Shown here piece after piece: positions 57,838-64,000 of a stretch of DNA of 64,000 nt. Position 1 is the first letter of the stretch, and every line of letters starts with the position of its first letter. The DNA is taken from positions 672,001 through 736,000 of the forward strand of contig CAXXTH010000017.1 in assembly GCA_963668025.2 (NCBI GenBank). The letters run 5' to 3'. The translations under genes and the position numbers were made by a program. This DNA is from Candidatus Hydrogenedentota bacterium (GTDB lineage Bacteria; Hydrogenedentota; Hydrogenedentia; Hydrogenedentales; SLHB01). The notes beneath the pieces were generated by a model that was not told the origin of the DNA, did no database searches, and saw only the letters and a program-made list of their open reading frames with translations.

Positions 57838-58770
57838 TTACCGGTCCGTTCTGCGGCGGTCATAGAAAATGGCGCTCTTGCTGTCCGGCTGGGCCATCTG
57901 GCGCACTTGGGCCAGCACTTCAAACATTCGCTTCGCGCTTTTAAATTGCCGGTACTGATTGTTGGCGACGCCGATGGACAATGCCATCAGCGGATGGCGA
58001 ACCAGATTACCCGAACGGTCTTTGCATTTCACGCGGCCTTTTTGGGCGTCCTCGGGATTGTAGAGCTGCTTCACGTTGGCGTCGAAAGATTGCATTAATG
58101 CATTACAAAAGCGTTCGGAATCCTCTAGATTTAAAATCACGACAAAATGTTCGCCGCCCAAATGGGAGATAAAGCTCTCGTAAATGCCCATATTCCGGAT
58201 AAGTTGCCGGAGAAGCTGCGCAATGTACTGCAACGCGCGATGCTGGCCTTCCCGCCCGTATGCGGAGCAATACGGTTTGAAACCGGCCATATCCATGTAA
58301 CAAACGCTGATAGGCGCATTCCGGGCGAGACGATGGTTCAACTCCCGTTTAACCGCTTCCGTGCCGGGCAAGTCTGTTATCGAATGTTTCTCCCGGACCG
58401 CTTGTAATAATGATTGCAGCCCCGCTACTTTTTCCATCAGATGCTCAAGCTTGAATGGCTTCGCCAGGTAGTCGTCGGCCCCTTGTTCGAGACCATGAAG
58501 CATCTCCGGTTCTTCACCCAGTGCGGTAAGTAGTAAGATAGCGACAGGATATAGCTCTGGGTCTTTGCGGAGGCGCCTGCAGATTTGGTAGCCCGTAACG
58601 CCAGGAAGCATGATATCTAATAGAATAATGTCTGGTTTGATTTGTTTTGCGGCTTCGAAAGCTCCTTCCCCCGAGTGTATCGAAAAGACTTCATGTCTTT
58701 CCGCCACCAGTTTCATTTTGATAAGTTCCGCCAGATCGGCATCGTCGTCAACTACTAATATTTTACTCAT
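57838..58770 (-). CDS. Response regulator with degenerate GGDEF domain (GGEHF)
   Basis: REC: ILVVDDD, LLDIMLP, DYLAKPF; GGDEF-like ITDLPG, LGGEHF, LSIGVA. Confidence 0.85.
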   Translation of the reverse strand: MSKILVVDDDADLAELIKMKLVAERHEVFSIHSGEGAFEAAKQIKPDIILLDIMLPGVTGYQICRRLRKDPELYPVAILLLTALGEEPEMLHGLEQGADDYLAKPFKLEHLMEKVAGLQSLLQAVREKHSITDLPGTEAVKRELNHRLARNAPISVCYMDMAGFKPYCSAYGREGQHRALQYIAQLLRQLIRNMGIYESFISHLGGEHFVVILNLEDSERFCNALMQSFDANVKQLYNPEDAQKGRVKCKDRSGNLVRHPLMALSIGVANNQYRQFKSAKRMFEVLAQVRQMAQPDSKSAIFYDRRRTDR

Positions 58771-58892
58771 GGTTCTCCTCGCGCCACAGGCCCTTCCCGC
58801 AGCGTTCTACTGTTTTGATAATTATACCCGGAAATGTCTTCTTCCTGCATCAATCAGGGCAATCGCACTAAAAACAACCCCGAAGAGGCCTC

Positions 58893-58951
58893 AAGAGGCA
58901 CAAAAGACGCGAGAATCAGTTCATTTTTGCGTCTTTTGCGTCTTTTGTGGC
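58893..58951. repeat. Short inverted/tandem intergenic repeat
   Basis: CACAAAAGACGC paired with TTTTGCGTCTTTTGCGTCTTTTGTG. Confidence 0.6.
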
Positions 58952-59132
58952 CCATTCTCTGGAAATGTGGGGAGTGGATTTTCAGATATGTTTGGACAAA
59001 CAAACACCAATACTCTGATGAGAGGAAAGAGCACCGCTTTTTTAATGCGATTGCCGTGCTGCATCAATTGGCGCGCCGCGTGGTGAGGCTGGTATACTGT
59101 CTACCTGAATAGTGCCGCGTTAGCGAAGAGGA

Positions 59133-60506
59133 GTGAATCCCTTGCATAAGCATTTGGTATTGCTGCTGCCGCTGCTGGGTGTGCTGGCGGCGGGGTGCAT
59201 GACTGTGGGCCCAGCTTCCGAGCGGGCTGTCATTCAGGCGAAAGATAAAGTCGCCCCCGCATTGGTCCATATCCGCCCCGTAAAAGAAGTATACGCCGGA
59301 GGAAAGCGCGAAGAAATTGTCGTCGAGGGAAGCGGCTTCATCATCTCGCCGGATGGCTATGTGGTGACCAATGAGCATGTGGCGGGCGAAAGCCGGGTAG
59401 TGCGGTGCGTCCTGTTTGCTAAAGAAGAGATGGACGCCAAAGTCGTGGGTGTAGATGGGCTCACCGATATCGCGGTGATCAAGCTCGATACCGCCCGGAA
59501 GGATTTGCCTTATGTGAAGCTGGGGCGTTCAGACAATTTGGTGGCGGGGCAAACCGTTCTGGCGCTCGGCAGCCCCCACGGGCTGGCGCGCTCCGTATCG
59601 CAAGGCATCGTCAGCGTGCCGGATCGTTTTTTGGATGATGGGGGCGGCATGACATCGCCGTATAACAACTGGATCCAGACCGACGCCGCTATCAATCCGG
59701 GCAATAGTGGAGGCCCGCTGGTTAATCTGAAGGGCGAGGTCATCGGCGTGAATGCCCGCCGGTTGAACGGAGCGGATAATGTAGGTTTCGCCATTCCCGT
59801 GGATGTGGCCAAACAAGTCGTTGAAGCCATCATCCGCGACGGGCGCGTGCGCCGGAGCTGGGCCGGGGTGTCCCTGCAAGAAATGATGAGCAAGACGGAT
59901 GACCCCTCCATCAAGGGCGTCGTGATTGGCAATGTGGATCCGCTGTCACCAGCCGCGGAGGCGGGCGTCAAGCCGGGCGATACGCTCCTGGCCGTGAATG
60001 GCGCGCCCGTGGATGCGCGATATGCGGAGGATCTTCCCGCCGTACGCCGGCTCATCGCCAGCCTGCCCGTGGGGGAAGAAGCCGTATTCCAGATTTCCCG
60101 GGGCGGGGAAACCACGGAACTGAAGGTGAAGACCGAGGAAGAAGCGGAGCTTCAAGGCGCTGAAGTAGAATTCAAGGATTGGGGTTTCACGGCCACGGAT
60201 TTGACTCCTGAGATTATGCGCCGCGCCCAGTTGCCATCGAGAAATGGCGTCATGATTACCGGCACGCAAGACGGCGAATTGGCCCAAAACGCCGGGCTTG
60301 GCCAATCGGATATTATCCTTGGCTTTGATGGGCAGGAAATCACGAATATGGCCGCGTTTAAACGGCTGGTGGAAGAGGCAGTGGCCTCGAAGAAACCGTT
60401 GGTGCTGCTGGATGTGAAGCGGGGCGCATTGACGCGCTACGTGCTGCTCAAGCAGGATGGCGAGGAGATGACAAATGAAGGCGAGGCCGACGATGCGGGC
60501 CTGTAA
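59133..60506 (+). CDS. HtrA/DegP-like serine protease lipoprotein (trypsin + 2 PDZ)
   Basis: Lipobox LAAGC; TNEHV, TDIAV, QTDAAINPGNSGGPL triad. Confidence 0.93.
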   Translation: MNPLHKHLVLLLPLLGVLAAGCMTVGPASERAVIQAKDKVAPALVHIRPVKEVYAGGKREEIVVEGSGFIISPDGYVVTNEHVAGESRVVRCVLFAKEEMDAKVVGVDGLTDIAVIKLDTARKDLPYVKLGRSDNLVAGQTVLALGSPHGLARSVSQGIVSVPDRFLDDGGGMTSPYNNWIQTDAAINPGNSGGPLVNLKGEVIGVNARRLNGADNVGFAIPVDVAKQVVEAIIRDGRVRRSWAGVSLQEMMSKTDDPSIKGVVIGNVDPLSPAAEAGVKPGDTLLAVNGAPVDARYAEDLPAVRRLIASLPVGEEAVFQISRGGETTELKVKTEEEAELQGAEVEFKDWGFTATDLTPEIMRRAQLPSRNGVMITGTQDGELAQNAGLGQSDIILGFDGQEITNMAAFKRLVEEAVASKKPLVLLDVKRGALTRYVLLKQDGEEMTNEGEADDAGL

Positions 60507-61899
60507 TCCTATCGGAATCGGCGTATGCCTGGCCTTGGCGGCGGGGCTGGCGGCGGGGCGCGCCTACGCGGATAGTCTGCCGCAGTCCGTTATCGACGCC
60601 CAATATGCGCGCATCTCCCCCGCATTATGTATCGTTTCGTATGCCTCCGAGATCACGAACGAACGCACCGGCGACACCAATAAACGCCAAACACGCGCCA
60701 TGGGCGTCATCGTTTCACCGGAAGGACTCGTGATTGGGCCCGGCCATATGCAGCTTGATTACAGCAAACCGCTCAACGTGCGGATAAGCGTGGGCCAGGG
60801 CGATGCGGAGAAAGAGTATCCGGCGGAAGTCCTGACGAAGCCTGAAGACGTGAATTTATGTTTCATGCGCATCAAACCCGAGACGCCCGAAAAATTTCCA
60901 TATGTCCGCTTTGCTCCAAACGCCCGGCTGTCTATCGGCGAGCCTCTTATGGTATTGGGTCTCTTCGGAGAAAATCTGGATTTTGCACACGCGGCGCAAT
61001 TTCGCTCCATCGGGGCGATCCTGGAAAAACCACGCACGACATATTGCCTGGATGAACCCGTTCCGCTGGGATTTGTCGCGGGCCCAGTAGTCAACGCCCA
61101 GGGCGAGGCGGTTGGGGTCATCGGCCTTGACTTGTCTCCGCAAGAAGGCGGGGAACTATATACGCACGGCGGGCATCCGCTGGTGTATCAAACCAGCCTG
61201 TTTCAACACTATATCGAGCAGCCTCCCGGTTTGCAGGAAGAACAGACCAACGCCTGGATCGGCGTATTCTCGCAGCCTCTTTCGGATGACCTTGCGGAAT
61301 ATTGGGGCCTTCCAAAAGAAGGCGGTGTGGTGGTGAGCACGGTCGTGCCCGATGCGCCCGCCGCGAAAGCGGGGATCCAACGCGGCGACATCATCATTGA
61401 ATTCAATAACACCCCCATTCATTCCAAACTCGACCGGGATATCGCCGGATTCACCAAGCTCGTACGGGAATGCCAGCCTGGACAGGAGATTTCCATCCGC
61501 CTGCTGCGTAATGAAACGCCCATGGATGTGAAAGCCACCTTGACGGAACTGCCCAAGAGCGGCAAGGAAGCGGGCGAATATGAAGATTCCGTGTTCGGAT
61601 TCACCGTGCAAGAACTCACGCGCGATCTGCGCATCCGGCTGAATTTGGATGAAGACCTCCAGGGCGTCATCGTATTCCGCGTCAAATCGGGCAGCGACGC
61701 CCAATTGGCGGGATTCCGGCCCGGCGTCATCATCCTGCGATTCGGCGAACATCCCATCGCAAGTATTGATGATTTTAAAGCAGCGGTTGAAAAAGTCGCC
61801 GCGGACAAGCCTGGCGAAATTCCTATTTTCTGCCGCGTGGGGCCGCGCACCGGATTCTTCCGGCTCATTCCCAACTGGAACCGGGGCGAGGAGGGTTGA
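60493..61899 (+). CDS. HtrA-like protein with degenerate catalytic triad + 2 PDZ
   Basis: Signal peptide AYA; GPGHM, DVNLCF and LGFVAGPV in place of TNxHV, DIAV, GNSGGP; two PDZ domains. Confidence 0.8.
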   Translation: MRACNPIGIGVCLALAAGLAAGRAYADSLPQSVIDAQYARISPALCIVSYASEITNERTGDTNKRQTRAMGVIVSPEGLVIGPGHMQLDYSKPLNVRISVGQGDAEKEYPAEVLTKPEDVNLCFMRIKPETPEKFPYVRFAPNARLSIGEPLMVLGLFGENLDFAHAAQFRSIGAILEKPRTTYCLDEPVPLGFVAGPVVNAQGEAVGVIGLDLSPQEGGELYTHGGHPLVYQTSLFQHYIEQPPGLQEEQTNAWIGVFSQPLSDDLAEYWGLPKEGGVVVSTVVPDAPAAKAGIQRGDIIIEFNNTPIHSKLDRDIAGFTKLVRECQPGQEISIRLLRNETPMDVKATLTELPKSGKEAGEYEDSVFGFTVQELTRDLRIRLNLDEDLQGVIVFRVKSGSDAQLAGFRPGVIILRFGEHPIASIDDFKAAVEKVAADKPGEIPIFCRVGPRTGFFRLIPNWNRGEEG

Positions 61900-61900
61900 C

Positions 61901-62512
61901 GTGCGCGGGTGGATAAGCGCGGGATTCGCGTTAGTAGCGGTGTGTGCGTGCGCCGGGTGTCCGAGTCCGGCTCCCGTCGACAAACGCTTCGAGCAAGCGG
62001 AATACCTGTTGCTCGAACAGCGATATGTGGAAGCGCGGACGCTCCTCAAGGAGTTTTTGCTTGATAATCCCACCCACTCGGGCGCGCACTATTATTTGGG
62101 CCGCAGTTACCTGGGTTCGGAAGATTTTTCGCTGGCCATTGCGGAAGGCGAGATCGTCACCGGACTCGATTTCTTTTTACAGCAAGACAAGCATAGCGCC
62201 ATTTCCCGGTTTCCGGATGGATATTTTGAATTGATTTGCCATGTGGATATTACGCGAATCAAATGCCTGCAAGCGCGGGTGGTCATTGAGAAAAATTTGC
62301 CTCCGGCTCTCGCGCGTGCATGCATTACCGAGGCGGAGGAAGCCGTCGCACACGCACGCGCAGTGAGTCCGGACGCGGGAGAAACAGCGGCGGCACAGGC
62401 CGAATTAGAACATACGAAAGCGCTTCTCGCGCAGTACCTGCATATGCCTGCGGTTCCTTCCGTTCCCGATGCGCCCGAGCATCCCGCATCCTCCCCCTCT
62501 ACGATGGTTTGA
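61901..62512 (+). CDS. TPR-containing putative lipoprotein
   Basis: GTG right after the upstream stop; CAGC lipobox-like; AHYYLGRSY TPR motif. Confidence 0.7.
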   Translation: MRGWISAGFALVAVCACAGCPSPAPVDKRFEQAEYLLLEQRYVEARTLLKEFLLDNPTHSGAHYYLGRSYLGSEDFSLAIAEGEIVTGLDFFLQQDKHSAISRFPDGYFELICHVDITRIKCLQARVVIEKNLPPALARACITEAEEAVAHARAVSPDAGETAAAQAELEHTKALLAQYLHMPAVPSVPDAPEHPASSPSTMV

Positions 62513-62721
62513 TCCGTAATCCCATTTGAGGGGATTACCGCAAATGACCATCGAGGACGCATGTCCCTTAATTAGGCACTGGCAAACGCGTTAAGCCCCG
62601 CCCCCAGTTCTCCCCTTTTCTCTATTGGAAGTGAGTGATGGATCCGTACTATTTGGCAAAGCGTTGTTTTCTTGCGAATATCTGGAGCAAATAGTTTCGG
62701 GATATGCTTTCATGTGCCGTT

Positions 62722-62840
62722 GTAGGGGCGTGTTGCACGCGCCCTCCCCTTTCCCGCATGGGCGAGACGCCCATGCTACGGGAGTTGCATGAATAGTGTA
62801 GAGGATATATTCGCGTTCATTCGCGTCCATTCGCGGTAAA
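62722..62840. repeat. Cluster of REP-like and ATTCGCGTxC-type repeats
   Basis: GTAGGGGCG..CGCCC, GCATGGGCGAGACGCCCATGCTACG, ATTCGCGTTCATTCGCGTCCATTCGCGG. Confidence 0.7.
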
Positions 62841-62891
62841 AAACGAAACACTTTGGTTGCGGCCAAGCAGCGTTATGCCTATTCATAGTCA

Positions 62892-62927
62892 AAAAAAATA
62901 CGCGGGGAGAAAAAGCTCCTCCCCGCG
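62892..62927 (-). terminator. Intrinsic terminator
   Basis: CGCGGGGAG/CTCCCCGCG stem followed by a T run on the minus strand, just after the stop at 62934. Confidence 0.8.
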
Positions 62928-62933
62928 CAATGA

Positions 62934-64000
62934 TTACTTCTCCAACGGATGCTTGAATGGTTCTACTTTCTTCGGTTCTTCCTTGGGTGCTTTCTTGGCT
63001 TCATCCGCCGGAGATTGTTCTTCTTTCTTTTCCTCTACGATATTCAGCGAACGCAACGCCCGATCGGGAAACGGCGGGAATGGATTCGTGGGCAGCAACT
63101 GGTACCAGTAGGCCGTTGCGCAGACATCATCCGAGCGCTCGTGCAATCCGCTGAATTTGATGCGATCCCATTCGCCGCGCTTGTAAAATTCATAGTACGG
63201 ATTGCCCTCTTCCGGGATCGCGCCATTTAATAAATCATAACCCATCTGCTGGATGGTGACCTTGATGTTCTCGTGGAAATACACCGGATCGAGGCAATGA
63301 TACCGGTACATGGACATGTATTTAGTCGTATTGGAGTCGAGCAGCGAGCCGGAGTATTGGTTTTGCCACACGCCCAATCCCCATGCGGAAAGGACGTAAT
63401 CTTCCGCCCCGGTGCCGCAGATCGTGGGGAAGTCCTTGTCTCCGTCAATATACATTTTGACTTCGCCCTCTCCCCACCACTGCCGAATACCATTGAACCG
63501 GTCGATAACGCCGATATTCGCGCCCATATAGCGCCCCTTGCCCTTGGTCTCTAAGATCACAAAATCTTCCCGGAGCTTGGTCACGGCCGTGCGGCGAAAT
63601 TGGGAGTGGAAATAGGGCGTGTTTTCATCGACTTTGTCGCCAAGGGTGTAGTCAAATTGGAAAAATACCGCACCGATGTCTTCACCCACGTCGTTACAAA
63701 TCTCGACGCGCGCTTTTTTGGCGAACGGCATCGGGAAAAAGCAGTTGAATCCGCGCGCCTCGGGCACCGCAAAAAATGCGCACTCGTATGCGACGCCATG
63801 TCCATGCGACATGCCGAAGAAATCACCAAACGGAGCTTCCACTGACGGAATTTTCTGGTCATCCCAGTAAAACCGTATAATCAGGTTGCGCAGGACCAGC
63901 GGATCATGCCGCCGCGCGATGGTGAACCAAATATGGCGGATGCACCCCGGGCCTTCGATTTCCGCGACCGTCCGCACCTCATCTTTTACCAGGTTGTAGA
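62934..64000 (-). CDS. DUF2961 / GH172-like protein (5' end outside window)
   Basis: GPGCIRHIW, PSVEAPFGDFF, FPMPF, WWGEGEVK, GTGAEDY, YWYQ motifs; frame open to the window edge. Confidence 0.85.
   Translation of the reverse strand, partial: YNLVKDEVRTVAEIEGPGCIRHIWFTIARRHDPLVLRNLIIRFYWDDQKIPSVEAPFGDFFGMSHGHGVAYECAFFAVPEARGFNCFFPMPFAKKARVEICNDVGEDIGAVFFQFDYTLGDKVDENTPYFHSQFRRTAVTKLREDFVILETKGKGRYMGANIGVIDRFNGIRQWWGEGEVKMYIDGDKDFPTICGTGAEDYVLSAWGLGVWQNQYSGSLLDSNTTKYMSMYRYHCLDPVYFHENIKVTIQQMGYDLLNGAIPEEGNPYYEFYKRGEWDRIKFSGLHERSDDVCATAYWYQLLPTNPFPPFPDRALRSLNIVEEKKEEQSPADEAKKAPKEEPKKVEPFKHPLEK

Overview
A GC-rich (~60%) bacterial chromosomal window from a diderm. The gene content tentatively suggests an uncultured lineage such as Ca. 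Hydrogenedentota, but this cannot be verified here. It starts with clustered DnaA boxes, then pilT, a six-LysM lytic transglycosylase and a TolB-like propeller. A sigma54-promoter-led operon follows (CxxS thioredoxin, MMPL, LolA-like carrier, outer-membrane barrel), interrupted by a PtuAB/Septu-like ATPase-HNH pair. Convergent with it is the most striking system, an 18 kb FAAL / ACP-KS-AT-KR-ACP-sulfotransferase PKS / TEII / two-module NRPS cluster. It resembles cyanobacterial olefin synthase (Ols/CurM) but lacks the fused decarboxylating TE. Instead the PKS ends in an EEGxI-type docking motif matching an N-terminal beta-hairpin docking domain on the NRPS, which predicts a 3-O-sulfated acyl-dipeptide. 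Further right are bioY, a frameshifted Rhs remnant with a low-GC neighbour, a DUF6788+DDE insertion sequence, signalling and metabolic genes, glnB-glnA, an FGE/CLec protein with an internal sorting signal plus second signal peptide and a DGR-like variable region, fetAB, an active/inactive HtrA pair and a partial DUF2961 gene. Non-coding signals include four good sigma54 promoters, two candidate sigma54-driven sRNAs sharing a 14-nt anti-SD motif, an unannotated 37-aa ORF, a MITE-like family and REP-like repeats. All calls are from manual motif reading; no searches were run.
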